Part shown: positions 37,950 to 52,765 of the stretch, piece by piece
Numbering within the stretch: the first letter of the stretch is position 1
How the letters are laid out: the number at the start of each line of letters is the position of its first letter
From: Vicugna vicugna
Lineage: Eukaryota
Direction of reading: 5' to 3'
NCBI GenBank assembly: GCA_013265495.1
Contig: MU058444.1
Location: 2,542,001 to 2,606,000 of the forward strand
DNA: 64,000 nucleotides
Made by a program: the position numbers and the translations under genes
The notes under the pieces: model-generated
The model's input: only the letters and a program-made list of their open reading frames with translations
The model's database searches: none
What the model was told of the DNA's origin: nothing

Positions 37950-39000
37950 GGGTCTGTATGCCTTCAGACAGCATCATTTTACGATTCATCTGATTCTTAG
38001 CACGTGGCTTCGGTTTGTTCATTTCCAGTACCTGTATAATAATTTTACATATGAATCATAATTCATGTATTATTTATGGACACTTGGTTGGCTGTTACAA
38101 GTAGTGCTCCTGTGACCATTCTCACACATGTCTGTTGGTGCACAGATGTCCACATTTCGGGGAATGTAAACCGAGGCATGGACTTATTAATGTTGACTTC
38201 AGTGGGTAATGCCAAGGCTTGTTTCCAAAGTGGTGGTTCCACTTTCTTTCATTCCAGTGGTGACTGTGTGTACCAGTTGGTCTACATCTTCAGACTAATC
38301 ATGGAATCATTGGTCTTTTAAATTTTAGCTAGTGATGGGGTATTTCCTTGTAGTTTGAATTCACATGTTTACATGTTTCTGAGGAGTAATGTTTATTGAC
38401 CATTTTGACATCTTTTGCCAGTGCCTTTCCAGATTTCTTGACAGTTTTCTTTTAGACTGTCTTTTTATTGATTTTTCTGGGTTGAAAATCTTTCAGTTCT
38501 TCCTGGGTTCAAGATCCCTGTATTGCAGATACTTCTCTCACTGTGTGTCTTGTCTTTTTTACTCATTTAATGGTGCTTTTGATGGATAAAAGTAATTTTA
38601 ATCCATTCTAAATCACCATTCTTTTCTATAATGTTTTTTGAGTCCTACTGAATAAGTGTTTATTCCCTTGTATTATCTTCTAGAAGCTTTGTTGCTTATC
38701 TTTCACAGTTACATATACAGTAAGTCTGAAATTTATTTTTGTATATTCCACAAAGTAGTGGTAAATTTTTATTGTTTTTCCCATATGACCTTCCAATTGA
38801 CCCACCACCATTTATTAAAAATACCATCTTTTTCCACCATTCTGCAGTGCCACCTTTGTCATCAGTCGAGTTTTCCTATGTGCATGGGTCTGCTTCTGAG
38901 CTGTCTATGCTGTTCTTTTGGTCTATTCGTCTGTTCTTGCACTGGTACCACACTTAATTACTGTATCTTATTATAGTGAGTTTTCATATCTTTCACAAGT
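37950..39000 (-). mobile_element. Old L1 (L1ME-like) fragment
   Basis: ttccaaagtggtggttcca...; ccaattgacccaccaccatttattaaaa...ccacctttgtcat. Confidence 0.6.
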
Positions 39001-39967
39001 CTTGTCACCCTTTTCTTCTTTGCTTAGAGCATCTTGGCTTTTCTTTGCATGTCTTCATCCCTTGGCATTCATCTTAGTGCAACTCACTGACCTACAGTCT
39101 AGCTTTAACTTAACACAGTATGTAGTAGTTTGTAATATTTTTAAATGGAGACAACATAACACCAGTGCCCCAGCTCAGAGGAAGGTGCAGCTGCATCTTA
39201 GAGGAATTATTGGTACCTGTGAACTAAGTAGGTTCTGGGAGACTGTGGACTGGATGAGATGAGATAAACCTGGGGTGAGAATCTAGTGAAGACCAAGAAA
39301 GTGACACCTAACTCCACCCTCTTGGACTTGAGTGTCATTCTCAGGAAATAGAGAAAGACCTGTGAACCGAAGAATGTCTGTCTTGTTCACTTTCGCATTC
39401 CTGTGCCTGGCGTACAGTGGACGTTGAACAGATGGCTGCTAAATGTGTGCCTGTGCGTGTATAATGTATGCCCCTCGGAGAACAGTGCAAAGCCATGAGC
39501 TCCACTTCTTGCCTTAGATACTAGAAAGCTTAAAACTAAATTTTTAATAGCCTTTGAGGTTTTTGCCATTTCATGGTTTTTTCTTTCTATTTCTAAGTCA
39601 TATATGCATTACCTCAAGTCTTTTTGGAAATACACAGATTTTTTTTTTTCATGTTGAATCTAGTGGTTACCTGTCAGTGATTCCAGAAGTTTGTTGACTT
39701 TCTGCGTCCCTCAGTGGAAATAACTTACAAGTTCTTTAGCATATTAAGCTCATATATATCATAATTCAGTTTGAGATTATATCCAGATTCTTATATTTCA
39801 AAATACTCAAATTTTATGATGAAGAAACTGCCAGGTTACCCTCAGTTCCTCCAACTTGTATTTCCTTTTCTTCCTGAATAGAGAGAGGTAGTTGATGAGA
39901 CTTGCATAAAGCACATCTTTATTGATTTTCTGCCCTAAATATTAAAATTCTCTGTTTCTTAATGCAG

Positions 39968-40014
39968 ATGTGGAATTAGAAGAAGCGATTAGAAGAAGTC
40001 TTGAGGAAATGTAA
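39968..40014 (+). CDS. ZNF451: ZNF451 terminal coding exon 15 (ubiquitin-interacting motif)
   Basis: atgcag| acceptor; DVELEEAIRRSLEEM* (LxxAIxxSL UIM pattern); TAA at 40012-40014. Confidence 0.95.
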
Positions 40015-42090
40015 TTAAAGATATTACCACACAGCATCAAGTGGCCTTGAAGAGACTCAGGATAATGAAGTCTTGAGTTTGTTTTCTAAAGGAGACCAGA
40101 AATCTGCTGGTGCACATGTATTTGAAAACACGCTTTTTTTGCTTTCATATGTTCAAAATCTGATACTGCTCTGTATTTTTGTGCTATTTTGCAAAAATGT
40201 ATAGAGGAATAGAATACATGTTAATGCAGATACAGACCATGTGTTCCAATACTGGTATCACTGTTTCCCAGTTAATTTTGAATTCATATATTTAGGTTTA
40301 AAGAATTAAAAAAAAAAAAAGAAGGAGCAGCAGCTCTTGACTATTGTTTATATGTTTCCCAAATAAAATTGGTTCTTTAATTTTATTTATACTGTACAGA
40401 TGATTCTAGTTTATTTTTTTAGGAGTGAAAATGAATATAAATAAAGCTGTCATAGTTCACTTTTTCTGTAAATTCAACTTCTGATGTGGCACTAATGTAT
40501 CATACCTTTGAGAATTTTGTATATGGTTATTGAAAGGGAGCAATGGAAACTGATCATGGAAACAGATTAAAAATTTTATCAGCAGTGTTCTTTGTGGGTT
40601 TCACTCAGATGTATATCCCTGCTTTAATTAGAGCAGCACATGGCTGGAATTAAAAAAAAAAAAAAAGAAACCCTAATTTCTTTGAAAGTATTAAAAAGAA
40701 ACTTTTTCCATTCCTTTTCCCTGCTTAGACTTTTATGTGACTTCTATTTGCTGTTTAAAGGGAAGGATGTCAAAATATTTGCATAGAATTAAACTTACTT
40801 TTAATAATATTAGCCCTTTATATATATATATTTGTGTAAACATAGTATTCTTCAGAAAATAATATTGAAGTTCTACTCAGGAGTAATCTCCCTTAACCCT
40901 TTAAATTTTTAATTTCATATGGAAATATCTTCATTATACTTATTCATTGTCAGTTTCCTACAGATGATATTACATATTTAATTTTTAAATGTTGAGACCA
41001 CATTGTGAATAATAAAAAATATTATATAATTAGAAGACTGAGAAGGGGCTTGTCATACTATCTTTGTGTAGATGCTTCATGTTATTTGACCAGAAATTTT
41101 GTGTAGTAATTACTTACCAAACTTAAAATTTTCTGTAAATACAAATTTTTCTTTAAGACAAAAAAAATGATAGAACTTTGGTCTTTCTCTGCAACTAGAT
41201 AATTTAGTGTGTAAATAGTATTACTCTTTTTTTTATTATATAGTCTTTTCAATCCACATTGGAAACCAATTTGTGTTTTTTATTTCTTAAGATGTTACTT
41301 CCTTCCCACCTGCTTGCCTCTATTTTAAAGCAGACATCGTAGTTTGAGATTGTACTCGTCATTTTTCCGACAGGACCATATTGTACTTCTGTTTGTTAAA
41401 GTAGTCAAGCAAGGTTTCAGGAGTCACGGAGCAGGACCTTAAGGACACCCGCAGGTGCTTGATCATTAGTGAGGAGTGGAAAGGATGTTCCAGAAGGAGG
41501 AGCAGTCAAACAGATGTGGGGAGGAGGAGACAGCGCCACACCCAGCTGCGATGCTTCGGGATGTCCTGTGAAGAAGCTTTTGTGGTGTGTGGTCGAGGGT
41601 AGCTTTCCATGGGGCAGGAAAGGGGTATTTCATCATGACCCTTAAAGTAAGGTAATTGGGTTGTTTAATGTTTTAATTAATCATTGTCACTGATTGTATT
41701 TTTACTCATTAAGCAATTAAAAATCACTTTAAATTACTTCATAATTTGAACTTAATTTAGACACAAGGAGGAGAGGTGGATAGTACATGGATAAAGTTAT
41801 GTGGATTATTATCAAGAGTAAATGTTTCTAACATTGACAGTGATGCTTATCTTTTCATTTTTATTCGTTTTTCATTTTACTGTGATCCCTTGTTGGTTTT
41901 TTTTTTCTTTTAAAAAGTTGTTATTGTGATCCCTTATTTTTATACCTGAATAACAGCTTTCCCCAAAGGGATGATGGCTAGCATAACGTATATTCTAAAA
42001 AGGATATATAGATAATGTATTGATAGCAACTGGTCAGTGGTATCACTGATTGTCGTAAATAAAAGTTCCTCAATAAAATAAAATTCCTCC
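40015..42090 (+). other. ZNF451: ZNF451 3' UTR (approximate end)
   Basis: AT-rich, repeat-poor stretch after the stop; AATAAA at 40362, 40440, 42058 and 42072. Confidence 0.6.
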
Positions 42091-42130
42091 TTTTTCTTTG
42101 TTTTGTTTTGTTTTGTTTTGTTTTGTTTTG
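42058..42130 (+). terminator. Probable distal ZNF451 polyadenylation site: clustered AATAAA plus downstream (TTTTG)n U/GU-rich element
   Basis: AATAAA at 42058-42063 and 42072-42077, followed by a T-rich/(TTTTG)n tract to 42130. Confidence 0.6.
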
Positions 42131-42322
42131 ATCCTTGGCCTCACACCTGCCCAGCCAGCCCTTTGTTCCTGCTGCTTACTCTCCCAAGACCTGGCTCCGA
42201 ACCCTGACCTCTCTCGAGTGCAAGACGCAGGGACTTGTCCTGCCCTTGGACAAGTGCACTGGAATCCTCAACAGGTTGGGCCTCAACTTAAACAGCTTGT
42301 TTCTCATAATTTTTTCTTTTAA

Positions 42323-42990
42323 ATCACTCATTTATTCATTCACAAAGTATTTATTGAATCCTTACCACATGCCAGCACTTGAGACACACCAGTGAGCAAA
42401 ACAAAGCCCGCACCCTCTGTGGCGCCCACCCTGGGGGAGGGGGGGTTGGACGAAGCAACGAGGTGGTGCATGAAGACCGACGGGAAAGATGGAGTGGGGC
42501 GGGGTGCTGGCTAGCTGTAGTGGGAAGGCTCCTGACAAGGTGAACTTGAGCAGAGACTTGAAGGTAAGGAGTGAGCCAGTGAGCTGTATGGGGAGGACTT
42601 GTAGGCAGAGGGTGAACAGGTCTGGAAGTGAGCTTGGTGACCCGTGGGGAAGCCAGCCGGCTAGTGCCCGATGAGCTGAAAGAGAATAGGAGGTGCAGTT
42701 CTTTTGAGAACTTTTCTAAGGTTGGCTCTCACTCTGAAATGAGCCACCGAGGGTTTCTGAGAATACGTGGTGTGACCTGCCTTTAGAAGGACTGCTGTAG
42801 GGTTAGAGCAGAGCCCGGAGGACCAGGTAGGAGGCACTGCAGTAACCGGGGGAGAACGGATGGTGGAGTGAGATTGACGACCGTGCAGGCCGGAGACAAG
42901 ATGGGTGTGTTCTGAAGGTGGAGCTGATGATATTTACATGTGGGTTCTGGGATACCAGAGGAATAGAGTCCAGGTTCATTCTAAAGTCGC
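42323..42990 (-). mobile_element. L2 LINE fragment
   Basis: tcatttattcattcacaaagtatttattgaatc (L2 3' end, reverse), then purine-rich L2 body (ttgagcagagacttgaagg; tctgaaggtggagctga). Confidence 0.7.
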
Positions 42991-43809
42991 CATAGATTTT
43001 CAAAACGCTCGCAAAATGTCTAAGGATCCCAAGTTTGTGTAACATGACAGAACATTTAATGAGGCCAAATCCCCTACGCCAATAGTTTATTAGTGTTTAG
43101 ACTGAGTTCAGAGGAATTCGGCTCCAGCCTTAAGGGCCTCCTCTCTGCTCAAGTACTTAAATGGCTTTGATCTCAGATGAAAGGCTGTGCTCCAGCTCTG
43201 AACTGCTGTTACGCCGGCTTTGGTGCCCTTGCAGCACGAGGCGCGAGGCGACGGCAAGCCGGGCGCCGCGCGCGGGTGTTTGGCGGCTGAGGCTCGGCTC
43301 CGGCCCCGCCCCGGGGCGGGCTCCTCGTGTCCGCCTGGCGCCTGCTGCGTCCCGGCACTCCTACCGGGAGACTTAGGGAGACTGGGTGTCAAACGGCCCT
43401 AAATAAGAACGATTATTTCACTCAAATTCCAACAAATAATTTATAACAGAAAAAGTCATTAAAAACCCCCTTATTAGAGTAGGTGTAAATAAAGGAAGTC
43501 CTGCATCCACTGGACAGGGAACGAGGGGCCGCTTTCTCCTTCCTGCGCTGTTAGCTTCAGTGTGGCGTCCGGCTTTCCTGATTCTCCTGCCGGAAAGAGC
43601 CAGTTCCGGCGCCGGTCAGGCGGGTGCGGCCCGCCCGGGAGCCGCCGCACCCCAGAGGGCCCTTTCCGCCCGCGTCGCAGGGCCCGAGCGCTGTCCTCGC
43701 GCAGAGCCCTGTGCCCGGAGAGCGGGGCGGCAGCGACAGCCCAGCCGCCGTTAGCGCCCGGGAGGGCGGGGCCCCAGGGGGCCGGGGGCGGGGCCGAGCG
43801 GGCCGCGGG

Positions 43810-43828
43810 NNNNNNNNNNNNNNNNNNN
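43810..43828. other. Assembly gap (19 N) inside G-rich promoter
   Basis: Run of n characters. Confidence 0.99.
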
Positions 43829-43829
43829 G

Positions 43830-44471
<642 letters not shown>

Positions 44472-47400
44472 TGAGATTAGCGCTGTGACACTGCGGGTCC
44501 ACCGAGCTTCTCGAATCTTCTGTGAGCCAGCTGTTTTCAACCCACTCTGTTCCTCTTATGCTTTCTTACGACAGGCGGCAGTTTAGTGGTCGCCGCTGTG
44601 AATGATCGAGATCTTTACTCCCAAACACTTAAGAGCAAAATAGAAAATAGAGTCCAGGAATCCATGTGATCCCAGGACCAGAGAGGAGTAGGGTCGGTGA
44701 GGGCCCCCAACCCCCTGCCGCAACCAGCCCGGTGTCCGGGCGCAGAGGGCTCCTTCCCCACGACTCTGCTCACACCTGCTCTCCAGGGTCCGGTCACTGG
44801 CCCGAAAACAGAGAGTCAGAGTTTTCCCTTCTTACCTGATTTTAAGGTTTCATTGAGGGATCAATGTGTGGATTGAAATGAAAACGCACAGGGTGAGAGC
44901 AGGGCGTTGGTTATGGGGGTCCGTGCGGATCCGAGTCAGCACAGAGCACAGCCTGGGGGGAAGAGGGGGGCCGGCCGGGCGCGCGTTTGGTAGCAGGTTA
45001 CCGCTGATCGGAGGGCAGATGTCTTGGCTAATGGTTTTCGCGCTTAGCTTTGGGAAGATGCAAGAATGTGGCTTCGTTAACAATTTCCTGACAATCTCTC
45101 GGAAGGCCTGTTCTGCCAGTTTTCCCATCCTTCTCCTAAATTCTTTCCAGGACATGTGATCAATTCCTGTAGAACCGGGTGGCCAGGGACACTCTAGCCG
45201 CATGTGTAGTGGTAGGCTTGTATGGAATTACGAAATAATTTGTAAGAAATTTTGGAAAAACTTTTTCCCTTAGTGAAGGGAAACTTTGAGGTACTTCCTG
45301 GAAGCGTTTATGCCACTAAAGTTTCTGTGTAAATTGCAGTGCAGGTGTAGTTAAATGACAGTCTCACTGAGGCACCCACAACTCCCTGAAACCGCACAGA
45401 ATTTTTTCCCATAGTTTTCACCAGGTTCTGGATGAACAAAGGCGTGTGTAACACAGAAATTTGAAGAAGCGCTGCATGTATCTCCCTTGATTGATCTATC
45501 AAAACAAGAAGAGGTCTTGTTTGCCAAGAAAGTTCATTAATAACCAAATGAGACATTTGTTATCATTTGTTAACATTTATTTTTAAATTATTATTTACTA
45601 TTACATACTCATTTTTAATTATTAGTATTATGGCAAGAAACAGTGTCTAATCAGAAAATGAGAATTTCTGTGGCACAGTGATTTCATGGGCAGCAACGGG
45701 CAGAGAAATGTGAGGCCAAAGCCGGTTTTGGGGTTCAGCTTGGAATGAGACAGATGCGGGAGTGGACAGATGCAAGAAGAGAAATGCAGGGCGTCCTTCC
45801 CGTGGTTGGACCTGACGCTTTCAGTCCCCAGAGAAGGGGGAGCAAACCTGGGGCTACTTTCTTTCCTTTCAGATAGCTAACAAGTGACTCAGCATGGTGC
45901 CTGGTCTCTAGCAGACACCCTCGACCATTTCAGGGGCCTCTCTGCCTGAGTCAGAAAGAAAGGACTTTTTTCTTAGAGGAACGAGGAGACGTTGCCCCAC
46001 CTCTCCTCAAGCTGAGTCACTGTCCTCACACTTGAATTAATGCCCCACCCTGGGAGGTATGAACGCAGTCAGGTCCTCAGCTTGAAAAGAAAGCCTCTGG
46101 TTTGGAACATGATTATGTTCTGAAGTTTGATGACTGTAAAGTGAATTCTGATTCCTGGGTACAAGTGATAATAACCTGTGCTGACGGGGGAAGACTGACT
46201 AATAGGTGTCTAATTGTTCATTTTAAGAACTTTTCTAGTCATTTTAGATTTTTGTGAGCTTTGCTTTTTCCTTAAAAAAAAAAAAATGCTGACCGAAGGC
46301 TAAGGCAGTGTTTCAGAAGGTAAGAGAACAGAGAAGTTGATGAAACCGCACGGTGGGGGATGCACAAGAGCACTGTGTCATCAAAGACCGGAATTGTGCC
46401 TCGAAGATCAAGTTTAAAAAGGAAACATGAGGTTCATGCCTCACTTTATCGAGTAGATGTGAAACTGTGAACAGAATTATGCTAAATGCTTTATGACTTG
46501 GAGTGTGACCTGGAGACATGATGTTTAAACTGCTTTCAGCTGTTGGGCAGGATTCTGTAGCTCGTTGGGGAAACAACACCAGCCTTTCTTTTGTGGCCCC
46601 GATTCACCTCCTTTTTCGCTTCCACCTAAAAAGGTGATGCTTTCTGTCCCGGTTTTCCTGACTAGTTCACGTGGTGTCTGAGCTTTCCATTCGTTGGTGG
46701 CTCAGAACCCTTTGCTCATGATTGTCGCTGTCTACTTGAGCAGTACTCATAATTTATAACTAACACCCGCTGACAGTTACCCGGGCGATGAGCAGACCAG
46801 CAGGTCCCATGCCTTCGTGGAAACTACTATTACCTCCATTCTCCAGCTGGGAAGTTGAGGCTCGAGAAGTTAGATGTGTCCGAGGCCGCACAGCGGGAAC
46901 CCGGGAAGACTGGCCGTAGAGCCTACTGCTTCATGCCCGAGTTTTGTTAGAGTTAAATATGGCATGTTTCCAAATGCAGGAGTAGAACACGGGTGGATAC
47001 ATGATTCTGCAGAAGGAGGTCAACATGGAACACCCACTCTGTGCCAGGCTGAGTGGCTCCCAGAGGCTCCAGATGGTGATGGAAATGACTGGGATGTGGG
47101 GCGTGGAGAAGGCAGAAGGGAAACCATGGGACTGGGAGAGCAGCTGTTCACAGATTTCCCCAAACTGGTCGTGCTGTGGCCCCTTCCCCACCTCGCAGCC
47201 AGTGGCGGTGGCTTCTGTGGGGCTGGGGAGTGGAGGATGGGGCAGGGGTGATGTGGATCTTTGAGCTGCAAGTTTCCCGTGTCGTAAAGCTTCTCGGGGT
47301 GTGCCGACATCCCAGGAGTCACGAGGCAAGGTGGCATCATAGTTAATATTACATTAGAGCCTATAACTGAAAAGGTCACCTCTCACAGTCGTCATCATCT

Positions 47401-47854
47401 GAAACTTCCAAAACGCTGTGAGGCAAGGGGAGGACCCGGAGTATCTCCTGCAGAAGTGAGGGCCTTGCAGTCCAGAGGGATGGGGTGGCCGGCCTGAGGC
47501 TGGACTGCTAACAAGTAGCTCCTAACACTCAACACTGTCCCGTTTTTACACTGAAGTGCCTCAGGAGTGAATGTAATTTATTTTGGTGATGATTTAGGAT
47601 GCCTGTCAGAATCGTAACTTTGCCTAAATTTTAAGTGATCACTCTAGTATTTTGATACAAGAGTATTGAATGAGAGACAAGACTATGACTTTAAGAACCT
47701 GTTTTAGAAATTATTTCTTTGAAAGAAGTCCATTTGCCACTTCCCCTCCTTTTTATGAAAGCACAGATTCTTGTTTTTTAGAAGCCTGAGTTTGTGACAG
47801 TAAGCATGTGATAAAGAACAGGAAGCCAGTGTTTTCCGGCCCGTGGGCACAGAG

Positions 47855-47985
47855 CATGGTCCCCCAGTATCCTCGCAGGTTGGTTCAGGGCCCCCTAGGT
47901 TACCAGAATCCATGGATGCGCCAATCTTTTATAGAAAACGGCGTAGGAGCAGGCCCTCCGCACCCATGGGTTCTGCACCTGTATT
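47855..47985. mobile_element. MER2-like TcMar-Tigger fragment
   Basis: cagtatcc..ggttggttcagg..cccc..taccagaatccatggatgc...tatagaaaacggcgtag. Confidence 0.55.
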
Positions 47986-50029
47986 AACGCATAACTTTTT
48001 TTCGTTGATGCTGTCAGTCACTGTGTTGAAATCTTTCCTTCACTGAGTGACAAGCACTGTCTCATGATCCCTATTTCATAAATGAGGACATTGAGGTGAA
48101 GAGAACTGAAGTCTGTGGTGGCAGTGCTGGTTTGAGCAGCAGGACTGAGGTCCTGGCAGTCCCCACACCCCTACATCGTGTAAGAGGACATGTCGGGTGG
48201 CCAGACACTGATGTCACCTCCCAGCACCTTGTCCCTGTGGTCCCCAGACTGCGGGAGGCCAGCCGAGGCAGGGTGCACTTCAGTCCCGTCCTCACGGCAA
48301 CGCTCTGACCACAGCTTCTCTTGGTTTCAGCCTGCCTAGCCGTGACTTCATGCAGAGAGTTTTCCGGGAGCACAGCCCGGGCCAGCCTGGATGTGAGGAG
48401 AAGTTTTCCCGATTTGGGCATGTAGCTCTTCCAGGCTCTGCTGTAAAAACAGAACTGCCCTCTCCTCCAAGAGCAGCGTAGTCAAGTGATGTGTTCCAAA
48501 CGTGAAGGATGCGGTCATGCGACCTGGCGCTCGTCCGCGCAGAGTTCCAGAAGGAACAACAGAACGGCGGGTGGGGGATATTTGAAGGTATAATGGCTAA
48601 CAGTTTTCTAGAACTAATAGAAGGGGTGTAGACAGAAAGATGCATGTGTGAGTTGAAGTTAAGGATCCCAACAGCAGATAAACAGTACACATACTAGGTA
48701 AATGATGTAGAGACGTGGGTTCAGCTCTTTTAAGGAAAAAAAAGAGCCGATGACGTAGTCCGTACCCTAGACGGCCGCAAGCTGACTGTGTGGAGGGGAA
48801 GGAGGAGGTTGCTAAGGAAACAGTTCTTGCCAGAAGGATTGGGTTTTGGAAAAGGATCAGCCTGTAGGCAGGGGTCAGGGAAAAAGAATGTTGCAGATGA
48901 AAGGACCGTGATGCCAGCCCCCCACCCCCGGAATATTTTCTGAAGAATGACATTTTACTGCTGCTATGAAATGAGACAGGTTTACATAAAATCATATATA
49001 AGAAGTTCTATGAAAGATGAAATCTGTTTTTCACGGGGGATATGCCCTGGCGATTTCTAGCCTTGTGGGGAAAAAAATGAGCAGAACTTTGAAGTTCCAT
49101 CTGATTTCCTGTGTATTTGCTCTCATTTAATGACAGAATATCTTCTGTATAGGACAGATTTATATTTTTTTTTCCAGAGTGTCTCCTTTCAAACCACTTT
49201 CTTGTTAACAACTCCATGAACATTCTCCTGTGACTAATTATAGTAAATGAAGCCGCCTTCTTTAGAGTAACACTCAATTCTCTTGATCGCCCTACACTAG
49301 AATACAAACTCAGGAAAACCGGGAAGTTAACCCCTTCTTTCAGTGTCTTCTCATTTCCCAAGCAGATGGTTCTTGTGTGCCATTTCAATGCCAGAGTCGT
49401 GGGTAGTGTTTTCAGCACAAACGTGTCGCACTCGGGCCAGCCCGGCCCCTCCTCTGTGTGCCGAGTCTCTCGTGTGAAGCGTGGAGTGCGCCGTGAGCCC
49501 GGGGAAGGGCAGCCTGATGTCGAACTGTTACTATTTATACAGTGTGGGTGCTGGCCGTGCGGGCCACCCAAATTGGTTGCGTAAGATTCTCGCTCCTGCC
49601 GGCTCTCATAAACACAAAGCCCGGCATATATTTAGTATCTTGATGCACAGAGACCCTGTGACTGTACAGTGGGTCGGTGCTATTTTGGGGGCTAACAGGT
49701 GGGTGCCCGCTGGGGAAAAGGCAGATGTGTGGCTGGGGTGAGGGGGGGACATCCTTATATGGAAGGAACACGTGTCAGTTACACGCTGCTGAAGTTGTTC
49801 CTCCCGCGGGCTCCGGCCCTCTGTGATCTTGTGCTTCTCAGACCGTCTGAATGCTGGACAGAAGTCTGGCACTATTTATTTTGCAAAAATCAGCAACTTA
49901 CTTACTTGTGTTGTGATGGGTAATGAGAGAGGGACCTGGAGACAGAGCACTTAAGACCTACAGGATTTTGTTTTCTTTTGCTCTCATGATTCCACAGCCT
50001 AATTTGTTTTGTTTGTTTGTTTTCCAAGT

Positions 50030-50470
50030 GTAGTTCCCTGTGCTATACTGTTGGACCCTGTTGTTTATCTGTTTTCTATACAGTAGTTTGTATCTGCTAA
50101 TCCCAACTCCTAATTTATCCCTCCCCACCCTCCTTTCCCCTTTGGTAACCGTAAGTTTGTTTTTTGTCTGTGTGTCTGTTTCTGTTTTGTAAATAGGTTC
50201 ATTTGCATCTTTTTTTTAAAGATTCCACATATAAGTGGTATCATATGGTATTTGACCTCAGTTAGTCTAATCATCTTTAGGTCCATCCATGTTGCTGCAG
50301 ATGGCATTATTTCGTTCTTTTTTATGGCGGAATAGTATTCCATTGTGTGTGTGTGTGTATGTGTGTGTGTGACAACTTCTTTATCCAGTCATGTGTTGAT
50401 GGACTTTTAGGTTATTTCCATGTCTTGGCTGTTGTAAATAGTGCTGGTGTGGACACTGGGGAGCATGTAT
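50030..50470 (-). mobile_element. Younger artiodactyl-type L1 3' end
   Basis: ORF 50110..50343 MEYYSAIKKNEIMPSAATWMDL...KYHMIPLICGI is the classic L1 3'-end translation; internal (GT)n at about 50345-50371. Confidence 0.88.
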
Positions 50471-50599
50471 ATAGAACTTCCACGCCTCGTTTTTTAGTGG
50501 CTGGGTGTGCTCAGTGTAAGGGCATGTGTGTATAGTTGGGGAGCTGGAGAAAGTGGTGCTATGAAGTTTGATCAGGGCTTTATACCAAAAACTTGCAGA

Positions 50600-51790
50600 G
50601 AGGCATTTCCTTTAAATTCAGGAAAAGACAAAGATGCCCGCTGTCACCACCACTGTCTAATATAGTACAGGACGACTTCAGTCAGCCCTATCGAGAAAGA
50701 AAAACAGGAGCTCATAGGGTTGAAGAGGAAGAGGTAAGAACTAATCATTTTTTGCTGATGATATGATCATCAATCTAGAAGAAACAGTAGAGTAAAAAAC
50801 CATTAAAACCAATAGGTGTACATTAAGGTTGCCAGCTACAACAAGAAGCCACAGAAACAGCATTTCTGTAACCATCAATAGCCAACTAGGAAATGTGGTT
50901 AAAATGTTATTCACAGTAGAAACAGTATCCAAAGTGTGGGAAGAGCCTTGAGAGTGCCATTCACACTTCAGAGCTCTAACCAAGAACCGAGCAGGCTCTG
51001 GATAAAGGGGGAATGACAGTGCTCTACAGGTGTCAGACGTCCCCCAGTTTTGTGAGAAACCCAAGAAACTGACGCTAGGGGTTAGGGAGGAATGAAGGTC
51101 TAAATATTAGCTCAGTTACCTTTAAAGATTAGGCGACTAGTTCTACCAAATATTACAAAGCAGGTGCTGTTTTTTTAAAAAGTGGGTGTTGTGTAAGAAC
51201 AGTCAAAACACTAACGGGTGGGATAGAGATTTCGGAGGTGGATAACCCACAGACCACTGAGGGAAAGATGGATTGTTGATGGAGAATGTTGGGGAAATGG
51301 TTCACTGGAGAAAAATGAAGCCCTTACCTAACCACACACAAAGGTGGATTCTAGATGAATGAAGACATAAGTATGAGAAAGATCAAGTTAGTAGAAGGGG
51401 CTGTAGGAAAATCTCCTATGACCTCGGGATGGGAGGACCCGGAAACAGAACTTCCACAGCAGGAGCCATGAGGCAAAACAAAGCCAAGAAAAGATGGACT
51501 GGGTCACTTCAGAGTAGGGCTGTCTGCCCAGGGAAGGGCATCTCAGACACAGCCGTCCGGCAGAGGATGGGAGATGGTCGCAGTGTCACCAACAAGGGAG
51601 CAATACTTTGAGTGTGCAAATCAGCAAGAGGACAGAAACCCCAGTTTAAAAAAGAAACCAACAGGCAAAGGCTGTAACAGGCTCACAGGACAGAGACGCC
51701 CAAAACGAGTAGTGATGAAAGAAATGCAGATTATAGCACTTATGGGATTGGCAGCAAACGGTGGGAAGGTAGGGAAGTGCTGAGTGTCGC
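50600..51790 (+). mobile_element. Decayed L1 ORF2 fragment
   Basis: tcaggaaaagacaaagatgccc (RT motif GTRQGCP region); tttgctgatgatatgatc (FADDMI remnant). Confidence 0.7.
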
Positions 51791-52254
51791 AGGGCTGTGG
51801 GGGCACAGGGTCTTGTGCTGTCCTGGAGGAGCCAGGAGGGAGTCAGCCAGGAGGGAGTCTACAGAGGCATGGCAGGCCCTCCCCAGGATGGATGCTGATG
51901 GGGGCTGTGCAGGGGCAGGGACTCGCTGAGCCGGCGTACAGGATGGCAGGGTGGGGGGGGGGTGTCTGTCTGCGGGTCCCATGCACCTGCAAGAAGCTGC
52001 TAATCACACGTACGCACAGCGAGCCGTGTGGCTCTTCGTAAAGTACGCTGAGCGAGAAAACAAACAGTGAGACAGAAACACGCTGAAAATAGACAAGTAC
52101 ACGGAATTTTTCTGTAAGAACAAATACAGGCAGTTAAGCACTGAAGACTGCTGGGCCTGGGAGCAGGGAGGGAACCGAAGCAAAGGGCACCCAGACTGGA
52201 AAGAATAGAAAAAAACAAGGGATAAAGAATTTTTGATTATCATCGTAGTCATCT

Positions 52255-52480
52255 TTTTTTAAAAGCTGAAGTCTAGTTGACTTAGTGTCAGTTTCTGGCG
52301 TATAGCACAGTGATTCCGTTCCACAGACATACACTCCTTTTCATTATAGGCCATACAAGGTAATGAATATAGTTACAGTTCCCCGTGCTCTACAGTAGGC
52401 CCCTGTTGTTCAGCTATTTTATGTACAGCGGTGTGTATCTGCAAGCCCTGAACTCCTGATTGACCCGCGCCAGCCCCCCC
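52255..52480 (-). mobile_element. L1 3' terminal fragment
   Basis: tagttgact...gtttctggcgtatagcacagtgattc...ttcattataggcc.tacaag..aatgaatatagtt...ccccgtgctctacagtagg. Confidence 0.75.
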
Positions 52481-52567
52481 ACCCCCCGGCCACGAGTTGG
52501 ACAGGGTGGTGGATGGAGAGGTGAGGACCGCTAATCTCCGTCCAGTCACTGTCTCGTGTCCCCGTGA

Positions 52568-52765
<198 letters not shown>

